Source: Planctomycetota bacterium (GTDB lineage: Bacteria > Planctomycetota > Planctomycetia > Pirellulales > UBA1268). From it: a stretch of DNA of 64,000 nt. The translations under genes were made by a program, and so were the position numbers. The stretch covers positions 57,742 through 121,741 of the forward strand of contig JAGWWA010000001.1 of the NCBI GenBank assembly GCA_018970605.1. The letters are read 5' to 3'. The notes below the pieces were generated by a model. The model worked only from the letters and a program-made list of their open reading frames with translations, did no database searches and was not told where the DNA came from. This document shows positions 1-9,293 of this stretch, piece by piece; the first letter of the stretch is position 1; every line of letters starts with the position of its first letter.

Positions 1-2
1 TT

Positions 3-1013
3 GCCATCGACACGGAGAATGACGACATCCATCTCGACATCACCTCGGTGCTCGAGGCCGATGCCGCCGCCGTGGCGTCGTTCAAGGACGCCGGCAACGC
101 CACCTCGACGATCGCGTCTCCGGCCACGGCCGACGGCAAGCAGGCGGCCCTCCGCGGGCACTACGCCGTCAACGTGCCTGCCGAAGGTCGCGCAGCGGTG
201 AGGGCCGGCCTCGACCAGGCCCTCGAACAGGCCGACGACGATGCGACCACCCGCGTGGTCGCCAACCTTGCCCGTGATCTGGTGGCTGCGATGCTCGACA
301 CCGGCGCGATCGACGCCGGCTTCACGGTTGATACGAGCGCCGCCGACGGCACGAGCCCGCTGCCGTCCGTCACGGTCGGCATGAAGGTGAAGGACGGCGC
401 GGCCCTGCAGAAGCAGGTGAAGGACCGTCTCGGCAAGGCCGATGCGCTGCCGCCGCAGGTGAAGGTGGCCTTCGACGCCGGCAAGGAGGGAGCCGCCACG
501 CTTCATGAGATCACGATCGATGTGTCGGGCACGCCCGCCGCGGAACGGCTCGGTGAGTCCGTGAAGCTCACGCTCGCCGTCACCCCCGACCACGCGTTCC
601 TGCTGGCCGGCGGCGATCAGCGAAAGCGGCTTGCCGCAGCGTTGGCGAGCGGTGGCACGCCGGTGGCCGAAGCGGTGCCCTTCGCCGGCGTCGATGTGTC
701 GCTCGCGGCCATGGTTGGCTACGCGGCGAAGATGATGAAGGCCCTCAGCCCCGACGACCCGCAGGGCGAGGCGCTCCAGGATGTCGCCGAGCAGGCGGCC
801 GCGATGAAGTCGACGCAGGTGCAGTTCTCGGCGAAGCCGATCGACCGCGGCGTGACGCTCCGGCTCAAGGCCGACGCCGGCGCGCTGCAGACCGTCGCCG
901 CCAGCACGTCGATGCAGCAGCAGCCGGCGGCGCGGGTTCGCCCGGCGGTGCCGCTGCGGCCCGCCCAGCCACGGGTCATCGAGAAAGACGACTCCCCCGC
1001 CATCGCTCCCTAA
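3..1013 (+). CDS. hypothetical protein, 5' end cut by the window edge (Ala/Asp/Gly-rich, no domain recognised)
   Basis: Frame 3 is open from nt 3 to the stop at 1011-1013. The M at 48 in the ORF track is probably internal. GC-rich third codon positions match the rest of the window. Confidence 0.45.
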   Translation, partial: AIDTENDDIHLDITSVLEADAAAVASFKDAGNATSTIASPATADGKQAALRGHYAVNVPAEGRAAVRAGLDQALEQADDDATTRVVANLARDLVAAMLDTGAIDAGFTVDTSAADGTSPLPSVTVGMKVKDGAALQKQVKDRLGKADALPPQVKVAFDAGKEGAATLHEITIDVSGTPAAERLGESVKLTLAVTPDHAFLLAGGDQRKRLAAALASGGTPVAEAVPFAGVDVSLAAMVGYAAKMMKALSPDDPQGEALQDVAEQAAAMKSTQVQFSAKPIDRGVTLRLKADAGALQTVAASTSMQQQPAARVRPAVPLRPAQPRVIEKDDSPAIAP

Positions 1014-1040
1014 CCTCTTCTTCTCCCGCTTTCCCCTGCC

Positions 1041-2330
1041 ATGATCGCATCGTCCGCCTCCGGGCTCCGCCGCGAGATCGCCGGCGCGAGTGTCGCCGAA
1101 CTTGCCGAGACCTACGGCACACCGCTCTACGCGTATGACGCCGAGGTGATTCGCCACCGCTGCCGTGACCTCGCGGCCTGGGACACGGTGCGGTTTGCTC
1201 AGAAGGCCTGCTCGAATCTCGCGGTGCTCGACCTCGTTCGCCGCGAAGGCGTGCTGGTTGATGCCGTCAGCACGGGCGAGATCCACCGGGCACTCGCTGC
1301 GGGCTATGCGCCGCACGCCGCGAAGGCGGCCAGCGGCGATGCCCTGCCGCCGGCCGATCCGATCGTCTACACGGCCGACATCTTCGACCGCGACAGCCTC
1401 GATGCGGTCGTCAAGCACGGAATCCACGTCAACTGCGGCTCGGCCGACATGATCGAGCAGTTGGCGGAGCGGATGCCGGGTGCGTCGATCACGCTCCGCG
1501 TGAACCCCGGTTTTGGGCACGGCCACAGCCAGAAGACCAACACCGGCGGCGAGGGCTCGAAGCACGGCATTTGGCACGAGGAGATTCCCGACGTGCTCCG
1601 TCGCGCCGAGTGGGCCGGGCTGCAGGTGAGCGGCCTCCATATGCACATCGGCAGCGGCACCGATCTGGCGCACCTCGCCGAGGTGGCCGGGGCGCTGGAA
1701 CGGGTGGCGATCGAGGTGGGTCGCTCGCTCACCACGGTGAGCGCCGGCGGCGGCCTGCCCGTGCCCTACAAGCCGGGTGAGGTGCATGCCGACCTCTCCG
1801 GCTACTTCACGCTCTGGGATGCCACGCGAAAGCGGCTCGAGGACCGCTTCGGCCACCGCATTCGCCTGGAGATCGAGCCGGGCCGGTATCTCACTGCGGA
1901 GAGCGGCTTCGTGATCACCGAAGTGCGGGCGGTGAAGAAGCAGGGCGGGCGGAAATACCTGCTCGTGGACGCCGGCTTCAACACGCTCGCGCGGCCGGTG
2001 CTCTACGGCTCCTATCACCCGATGAGTGTCTGCCCGCGGGGCGAGGAGCCGTCGCATGGTGCCGAAGACGTGGCGGTGGGCGGCCCGTTGTGCGAGTCGG
2101 GTGACATCTTCACGCAGACCGACGGCGGCTTCGTGGCCACCCGCAGCCTGCCGACCGCGAGCGTCGGCGACCTGCTGGTGATCGAAATCGCCGGCGCCTA
2201 TGGCTTCGTGATGGCGAGCAACTACAACTCGAAGCCGCTGCCGGCCGAGGTGCTCGTCGACGGCGGAACGCACCGCCTCGTCCGCGCCCGCCAGACGCCC
2301 GAAGACCTGGTCCGTGGCGAGTGTGTCTAG
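1041..2330 (+). CDS. lysA: diaminopimelate decarboxylase (PLP-dependent Orn/DAP/Arg decarboxylase family)
   Basis: YGTPLYAYD start, FAQKACSN PLP-lysine region, GHGHSQKTNTGG, EPGRYL, CESGD motifs. 429 aa, a typical length. Confidence 0.9.
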   Translation: MIASSASGLRREIAGASVAELAETYGTPLYAYDAEVIRHRCRDLAAWDTVRFAQKACSNLAVLDLVRREGVLVDAVSTGEIHRALAAGYAPHAAKAASGDALPPADPIVYTADIFDRDSLDAVVKHGIHVNCGSADMIEQLAERMPGASITLRVNPGFGHGHSQKTNTGGEGSKHGIWHEEIPDVLRRAEWAGLQVSGLHMHIGSGTDLAHLAEVAGALERVAIEVGRSLTTVSAGGGLPVPYKPGEVHADLSGYFTLWDATRKRLEDRFGHRIRLEIEPGRYLTAESGFVITEVRAVKKQGGRKYLLVDAGFNTLARPVLYGSYHPMSVCPRGEEPSHGAEDVAVGGPLCESGDIFTQTDGGFVATRSLPTASVGDLLVIEIAGAYGFVMASNYNSKPLPAEVLVDGGTHRLVRARQTPEDLVRGECV

Positions 2331-2393
2331 TTTCAGATGCCACGAGCCCTGCGTGGTCCTGTTCCAACGGGCGGCCGCTTCCGGCGTGATGGG

Positions 2394-2527
2394 CCCGCGG
2401 CCTTACGGCCGGTCGGCTTGAACACGGGCTCCTGCGTGGCGGGACGCCCGCGGCCTTACGGCCGGTCGGCTTTCTGGAACTGTCGTATAAGCCCAACGCC
2501 GTGAGGCGTGGGGCGAACCGCCATCAG
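2394..2527 (+). repeat. intergenic repeat family B, with an internal tandem duplication of a 25-nt unit
   Basis: cccgcggccttacggccggtcggct occurs at 2394-2418 and 2447-2471. The segment 2443-2527 recurs as a reverse complement at 47124-47200 and partly at 51231-51259. Confidence 0.7.
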
Positions 2528-2871
2528 ACGCCGTATCCGACGCGGTGCGCCTGCGGCCTCACAGCCCGAGCGCCCTCATGCCGTCATCCCCTCGCTGCCG
2601 CTCGGGGCTTTTTGGATGCTGGAAGGACACGATGCGAGGGGTTGCCCGTACCCCGGGAGCCGGCCTTGCTGACCAGCGGAGCCATGGATGGCGAAGCGTA
2701 GTCAGCATCGAGAGCGTGGAGGCCCGGAGGGCCGTAGCGAACGTCCGGCGACGGAGTATGGGCAACCCCGAGGCGCGCGTGGCGAACACAGGTTGGAAAC
2801 GCGTGCTCCTGAACCGGCCTTGCGGCGACGCCCCCGCTTCGCCATTCTCCGCGGCCCACCGAGGCTGCCGC

Positions 2872-3567
2872 ATGCTGATCTCACACCGCCACAAATTTGC
2901 GTTCGTCCACGTGCCCAAGACGGGCGGCTCGAGTGTCGCCTACTCGCTCTGGAAGTTCGCCGATCACACGGGCGGCTACTGGGCCAACCGTTGGCTCGCG
3001 AAGATCGGCATCCACGTCAATCACTATGCCCCCTATCGGCAGCGGAAGTTTCGCCCGCACACACCGGCCGAGGACCTCCGGCGAAACCTGCCGGCAGGAG
3101 TGTTCGAGTCGCTGTTCACGTTCGCCTTCGTTCGAAACCCGTGGGATCTGCTCGTCTCCTACTATCACTTTCTCCGCGACGCCGAAGGGCATTCCAGACA
3201 CGTGAGCCATCGCCGTCGCCGAACCGCCGAACTGCCCGACTTCGAGGCCTACGTCCGCTACGAGATCGGCCGTGGCAAGATTTCGCAGACGCGGATGGTG
3301 GCCGATCGCCGCGGCCACGTGCTCGTCAACTTCCTCGGCCGCTACGAGTCGCTGCACACCGACTTCGCCCACGCCTGCCGCTGCATCGGTATCGACGCGT
3401 CGCTCGGGCAGGCCAACGCGAGCACCCGGGGCGATTACCGCGACTACTACACCGACCGACTCGCCGCCCTCGTCCGCGACCACTTCGCCGAGGACATCGA
3501 GCGGTTTGGCTACGAGTTTGCCGACCCGGACGTGGCCGCCGCTCGGCCGTACCTCGCGGCCGCCTGA
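2872..3567 (+). CDS. sulfotransferase family protein (family-2-like)
   Basis: MLISHRHKFAFVHVPKTGGSSV matches the PAPS 5'-phosphosulfate binding loop (PKxGxS/T). The ATG at 2872 is chosen over the ORF-track start at 2545, which runs through repeat DNA. Confidence 0.7.
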   Translation: MLISHRHKFAFVHVPKTGGSSVAYSLWKFADHTGGYWANRWLAKIGIHVNHYAPYRQRKFRPHTPAEDLRRNLPAGVFESLFTFAFVRNPWDLLVSYYHFLRDAEGHSRHVSHRRRRTAELPDFEAYVRYEIGRGKISQTRMVADRRGHVLVNFLGRYESLHTDFAHACRCIGIDASLGQANASTRGDYRDYYTDRLAALVRDHFAEDIERFGYEFADPDVAAARPYLAAA

Positions 3568-3660
3568 CCGGACAGGATGTGCCGGTTTTGACGCGCCGGG
3601 CGTGCCGGCTACGATGATCTGAGTGCAGGACTCCCTTCCGCCCCACCGATTGCTCCCACC

Positions 3661-4056
3661 ATGGCCAAAGCTGGACCCCGCAAAAAGCTTCCGAAGGAAC
3701 TGGCGGTCATCAACGCCGACAACTGCACGGGGTGCGAGTCGTGCCTCGAGGTCTGCCCGGTCGACTGCATCGTGAAGGTGCAGCAGTTCGACCAGTTCCA
3801 CAACCTCCAGAGCTGGTGCGAGATCGACATCGAGCGGTGCGTGGGCTGCGAAGTCTGCGTGCACATCCCGGGCAAGAAATCGAACCCCTACGACCTCAAG
3901 GTCTGCCCGTGGGATGCAATCGAGATGGTGCCGACCGAGCAGGTGGCCCAGGTGGTGGCCCAGATCGGCGGGCCACCGGAATACGTCGAGCAGAACTGGG
4001 ACCGGCTCGTGAACACGGCCCAGCATCTGGCGGAACTGAAGGTCGCGGCCGGCTGA
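3661..4056 (+). CDS. 4Fe-4S dicluster ferredoxin-domain protein
   Basis: CTGCESCLEVCP (CxxCxxCxxxCP) plus a second motif, CVGCEVC-15 aa-CP. Confidence 0.8.
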   Translation: MAKAGPRKKLPKELAVINADNCTGCESCLEVCPVDCIVKVQQFDQFHNLQSWCEIDIERCVGCEVCVHIPGKKSNPYDLKVCPWDAIEMVPTEQVAQVVAQIGGPPEYVEQNWDRLVNTAQHLAELKVAAG

Positions 4057-4156
4057 CAGCCCGCACCTCCGGACGGTTGGCCTCGTTGGCATGATTGACG
4101 CGGCCGCACGGCACAGCCTATAACGGTACACGCGTACACCACCCGCGGAGACCGCG

Positions 4157-5293
4157 ATGGCACCTGCTCCCGCCGTCCTTGACGACTCGTTCCTCGCCCA
4201 CGTCCGACTCGCGTGTGTGCCGGGCATCGGCGGCAGGCTCCGCCGCCTGCTGCTTGATCGATTCGGTTCACCGCAGGCCGTCTTCAATGCCACGCCGAAG
4301 GAGATCGCGTCGGTGGGGAGGATCGGCCCGCGGCTGGCGGCTTTGATCCCGACGCTGGCCACGAACGGCGTCGCCGAGGAGGTGATCGACACCTGCCGTC
4401 GCGGCCGGATCGAGGTGGTGATCGAAGGTGGAGATCGTTACCCGGCCCTGCTGTCGCGCATCGACGATCCTCCAGGGGTGCTGTTCGTCCGAGGTGCGAT
4501 CGAGCCGTGCGACGCCCTGGCCGTGGCGGTGGTCGGCTCCCGACACCCGTCGCCCTACGGCAAGCGGATCGCCTGGCAGCTCGCCGGGGGCTTGGCCAGG
4601 GCGGGCTACACGGTGGTGAGCGGACTGGCCCGCGGCATCGACGCGGCGGCACATCGCGGCGCGCTCGACGCCGGCGGCCGCACGATCGCGGTGCTCGGCA
4701 CCGGCGTACTCAACATTTATCCTCCCGAAAATGCCGATCTGGCCGCCGAGGTGATCGGCCGTGGAGCCGTGGTCAGCGAGGCGCCGCCGCTGGCGGAGGG
4801 ACATGCCGGTGCCTTCCCGCAGCGAAACAGGATCGTCTCGGGGCTCACTCTGGGCACGCTGGTGGTCGAGGCCGCTGAGCGGTCGGGCGCCCTGATCACG
4901 GCGCGACTCGCCGGCGAGCAAGGCCGCGAGGTCTTTGCCGTGCCGGGGCAGGTTGACTGCCGGACGGCCCGGGGCTGCCACAGACTGATCCGCGACGGCG
5001 CGAAGCTCGTCGAAAGCGTGGACGACATTCTCGAGGAACTCGGCCCCCTGTTCGAGACGACGACCTCGGCTGACGGCCGTGCGGTGCGGTCACCCGCCGA
5101 ACTGCAGCTGGACGACATCGAGCGGCGGGTGCTGGCCGCGGTCGATGCCTCCGGCAGCCCGTCATCCGTGGACATCGATGACGTGGTCGCCGCGAGTGGC
5201 TTTTCCGCATCGCAGGTGCTCTCCACGATCGGCGTGCTGGAGATGCGGCGGCTCCTCCACCGCTTGCCTGGCAGCCGTGTCGGCCGGGTCTGA
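4157..5293 (+). CDS. dprA: DNA processing protein DprA/Smf
   Basis: VGSRHPSPYG, GLARGIDAAAHRGAL, FPQRNRIVSGL, VVEAAERSGALITA. This is the canonical DprA Rossmann core. Confidence 0.9.
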   Translation: MAPAPAVLDDSFLAHVRLACVPGIGGRLRRLLLDRFGSPQAVFNATPKEIASVGRIGPRLAALIPTLATNGVAEEVIDTCRRGRIEVVIEGGDRYPALLSRIDDPPGVLFVRGAIEPCDALAVAVVGSRHPSPYGKRIAWQLAGGLARAGYTVVSGLARGIDAAAHRGALDAGGRTIAVLGTGVLNIYPPENADLAAEVIGRGAVVSEAPPLAEGHAGAFPQRNRIVSGLTLGTLVVEAAERSGALITARLAGEQGREVFAVPGQVDCRTARGCHRLIRDGAKLVESVDDILEELGPLFETTTSADGRAVRSPAELQLDDIERRVLAAVDASGSPSSVDIDDVVAASGFSASQVLSTIGVLEMRRLLHRLPGSRVGRV

Positions 5294-5303
5294 TAGGGCT
5301 TGG

Positions 5304-5494
5304 ACGCCTCACACATGATCCTGAGGCGTTCCTGTGGCGGTATCACTCCGCCAGGAAGCCCCGAGCGGGAGCGAGGGGATCACGCGTGGCGGCGGCGAAC
5401 GACGCGTGCCGATCCGCGAAGCAGTTCCCGTCGCTTCCGCTCCGGGCTTTGAGGATTCCGTGGAACAACGCGCCACGATCAAGGGGAAACCGTA
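5304..5494 (+). repeat. palindromic MITE/REP-like element, family A, copy 1 (most diverged)
   Basis: Aligns along its length with 47241-47431 and with the reverse complement of 50991-51182. Shared core: ccaggaagccccgagcgggagcgaggggatcacgcg ... ttcccgtcgcttccgctccgggct. Confidence 0.7.
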
Positions 5495-5771
5495 TCAGAC
5501 GGATCCGTCTTTGTGTGGCTGCCGTACACACCCAACACCGTGAGGCCACATCTGTTTGGCTCGCCGATTGCTGTTTGGCACGCCGATTGCTGTCTGAACT
5601 GACGCCGCCGGGACTCGCCGCGACAGCCTGCGGCCCAGGTGGCTGTTTTGACGGCCCAAACACCATGGAGCCAGCACCGTGCACCTTCCACGATCTCCCC
5701 GTCGGCCGCATCAAAACGCAACGCGCGCCGCATTTTGCACCGGCCCGGAGCGTTTGGAGTGCCGGTCCCTG

Positions 5772-7799
5772 ATGGCAGCCGACTCCCACATGGCCATCGG
5801 GATGAATCTTGAAAACATCGTCGACTGGTCGCCTGCCTGGACCTTCACGGATGCGTTCAAGGCCTCGCGGCCCTGGATCGACCAGGCCTTCAACACGGCC
5901 ACGTGGGGGACGTCGTGGGACGACCCCGCCACGCCGCCCTTGGCCCTCGACGGCGATGGCAACGTCCTCCGACTGGCCACCTGGACGAACGCGGCGGGGC
6001 AGACAGTGCAGCAGCGAGCAGGCACGCTCATGTTCCGCGGCCTCGGGGGCGGATATGCCGCCGGCACCTACCGCGCCGAGTGGGACGGCGACGGCGTGGT
6101 GTCCTTCGGGTTCGACGCCCGCGTCATCGCCAGCGGCCGCACCGCAACGGGTCGCAGCTACGCCGACCTGCTCGTCACCCCCTCTGACGATGGCATCCTC
6201 ATGGTGATCGAATCCACGAATCCGACGAACCCAGCCCGCGCCTTCAACGTCTGGATGCCCGACTGGCAGGGGCAGCGTTTTGCGGGCCAGCAGTGGCAGC
6301 CCGGGGCCTCGTTCTCGCCGTTCCATCCACTCTTCCTCCAGCGGCTCGCCCCCTTCCACACGCTCCGTTTCATGGGGATGCAGGAGACCAACTCGTCCGA
6401 TATCCGCACCTGGTCGGATCGCCGCAATGCCGCCGACATCCGCCAAGGCTCCGGCCCGGAAGGCACCGCCAGCGAGCCGATCGTCAACGGAATTTCGGTC
6501 GAATACATGGTGCAACTCGCCAACGACCTCGACGCCGATCCGTGGTTCAACATGCCCTACCTCGCCGACGACACGTTCGTCCGCCGATTTGCGACCTACG
6601 TGCGAGATCACGTGGAGCCGGGGCGGAAGGTGTTCGTGGAGTGGGCCAACGAAGTCTGGAACTTCGGCTGGGGATTCGAGGCGTCGCACTGGATCGAGGC
6701 ACAGAAGCGGCTGCCTGAGAACGCCGGCCTCGATCCCGATCTCGCCCAGTGGCAGATCGCCGGCCGCGAGGCCAAACGAGACATGGACATCTGGTCGGAA
6801 GTGTTCGCGGGCCGCACGGATCGTCTCGTCCGCGTGGCTGCAGGCTGGGCGGCGGTGGACTGGGTGAGCGGGCAGATCGCGGAGGCGATGGGCGGCTCGT
6901 TCGATGCGATCGCGATCGCTCCCTACATCACGCCGACAGACGACCAACGGGCGGCCTACTCCGCAGGCACCACCGTCGATCGCGTGATCGCCGACACGCG
7001 AGCCAACGTGGCGACCAGCCTCGCGTGGACGGCCAACCACGAACGTCTGGCGCAGCAGTGGTCGGCACGGCTCGGGAGGCCGATCCAGCTGGTCGCCTAC
7101 GAAGGCGGCCCCCACCTCGACGGCCGCGGCGAGCCCTACCAGCAGGCCTTCTACTCGGCCACCAACGACCCGCGCATGGGCGACATCGAGCGCGACTATC
7201 TCCGGGGCCTCGACGCGGCGGGCATGGACCTGTTCGTAGACTTCCAGTTCACCGGCCAGGCCGGGGCCACTCCGTGGGGCGACTTCGCGAAGCTGCACCG
7301 GATGGACGAACCGCTCGCCACGGCCTACCGCTACGCCGCCGTGGTGGCCGCCGCCGACGGCTCGCTCTGGGCCCCGGCGCCGCCGCCCCCATCCATGAGC
7401 ATCGCCTCGGCGACCATCGGTGAGGGAAACACCGGTCGGAAACTCCTCGTGTTCACGCTCACGCTGTCGGCGGCATCCGTCACGCCCGTCACGGTTGCCT
7501 GGGGCACGGCCAATGGCACGGCCGTCGCCGGCCGCGACTACGTGGCAGGCCGTGGGACGGTCACCTTCAAGCCAGGCCAGACACGGCGGACGGTCAGCGT
7601 GTGGGTGATCGGCGACCGGCTTCGCGAGGGCAACGAGACCTTCTCGGTGAGCCTCACCGCACCGGTGAACGCCGTCCTCGACTCAGGCGGCTCACGGGCG
7701 ACCGGCACGATCATCGACGACGATGGCGGCCGCCGTGCCGCCTTCGCCGCGCTGGCGACCTCGGTGCCGGCGGGCGTCACGGGAAAGCGGGTGCGGTAG
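5772..7799 (+). CDS. putative TIM-barrel glycoside hydrolase-like protein with a C-terminal Calx-beta domain
   Basis: VEWANEVWN (NE acid/base-like motif of clan GH-A enzymes). The C-terminus GTANGTAVAGRDYVAGRGTVTFKPGQTRRTVSVWVIGDRLREGNETFSVSL is a clear Calx-beta repeat. The start is uncertain (5679, 5772 or 5790) and no obvious signal peptide is present. Confidence 0.6.
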   Translation: MAADSHMAIGMNLENIVDWSPAWTFTDAFKASRPWIDQAFNTATWGTSWDDPATPPLALDGDGNVLRLATWTNAAGQTVQQRAGTLMFRGLGGGYAAGTYRAEWDGDGVVSFGFDARVIASGRTATGRSYADLLVTPSDDGILMVIESTNPTNPARAFNVWMPDWQGQRFAGQQWQPGASFSPFHPLFLQRLAPFHTLRFMGMQETNSSDIRTWSDRRNAADIRQGSGPEGTASEPIVNGISVEYMVQLANDLDADPWFNMPYLADDTFVRRFATYVRDHVEPGRKVFVEWANEVWNFGWGFEASHWIEAQKRLPENAGLDPDLAQWQIAGREAKRDMDIWSEVFAGRTDRLVRVAAGWAAVDWVSGQIAEAMGGSFDAIAIAPYITPTDDQRAAYSAGTTVDRVIADTRANVATSLAWTANHERLAQQWSARLGRPIQLVAYEGGPHLDGRGEPYQQAFYSATNDPRMGDIERDYLRGLDAAGMDLFVDFQFTGQAGATPWGDFAKLHRMDEPLATAYRYAAVVAAADGSLWAPAPPPPSMSIASATIGEGNTGRKLLVFTLTLSAASVTPVTVAWGTANGTAVAGRDYVAGRGTVTFKPGQTRRTVSVWVIGDRLREGNETFSVSLTAPVNAVLDSGGSRATGTIIDDDGGRRAAFAALATSVPAGVTGKRVR

Positions 7800-7845
7800 C
7801 ACGTCGGCTTCTCCTGCGGCGGATGGCCGCGTAGACTCCGTCCCC

Positions 7846-8971
<1,126 letters not shown>

Positions 8972-9042
8972 CCTTGCTGGACTGCCCGGCGGCGGCGGGC
9001 TACATTCGTCCCTGTCCCCCCGCTGGTCCACCAAGGAAATCC

Positions 9043-9264
9043 ATGGCCGAGAAAGAACAGGCTCTCGAGGTCGAGGGCGTCGTCACGCAGGCCCTCGCCA
9101 ACACCCGGTTCCGGGTCCAGATCGCGGGCGGACATATCGTCAACGCCCACGTCGCCGGCCGCATGCGGAAGAACTTCATCCGCATCGTGCCTGGAGACAA
9201 GGTGAAGGTTGAACTCTCCCCCTACGACCTCACCAAGGGTCGGATCACGTTCCGCGAACGGTAG
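9043..9264 (+). CDS. infA: translation initiation factor IF-1
   Basis: 73 aa. [64 protein letters not shown] is near-canonical IF-1. Confidence 0.95.
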   Translation: MAEKEQALEVEGVVTQALANTRFRVQIAGGHIVNAHVAGRMRKNFIRIVPGDKVKVELSPYDLTKGRITFRER

Positions 9265-9293
9265 GATTCCCGGCGCCACCAGGCGCGGGGCCT

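Noticed and set aside
2545-2871. The long N-terminal extension of the sulfotransferase ORF, and the similar extension of the OsmC ORF (45060-45791).
   Set aside because: The extensions run through repeat or intergenic DNA and are Arg/Pro-rich. Family-typical N-termini with plausible starts (ATG at 2872; GTG at 45059 with an AGGAG SD) lie downstream.
5343-7298. Other long shadow ORFs: 5343-7298 (-), 2881-4392 (-), 12142-13683 (-), 17892-20261 (+), 19963-21927 (+), 39334-41580 (-), 45846-47249 (-), 48310-49620 (-), 52831-54894 (+).
   Set aside because: Each overlaps a gene with strong family motifs on the other strand or frame, and each shows Arg/Pro/Gly-rich composition typical of non-coding frames in high-GC DNA.
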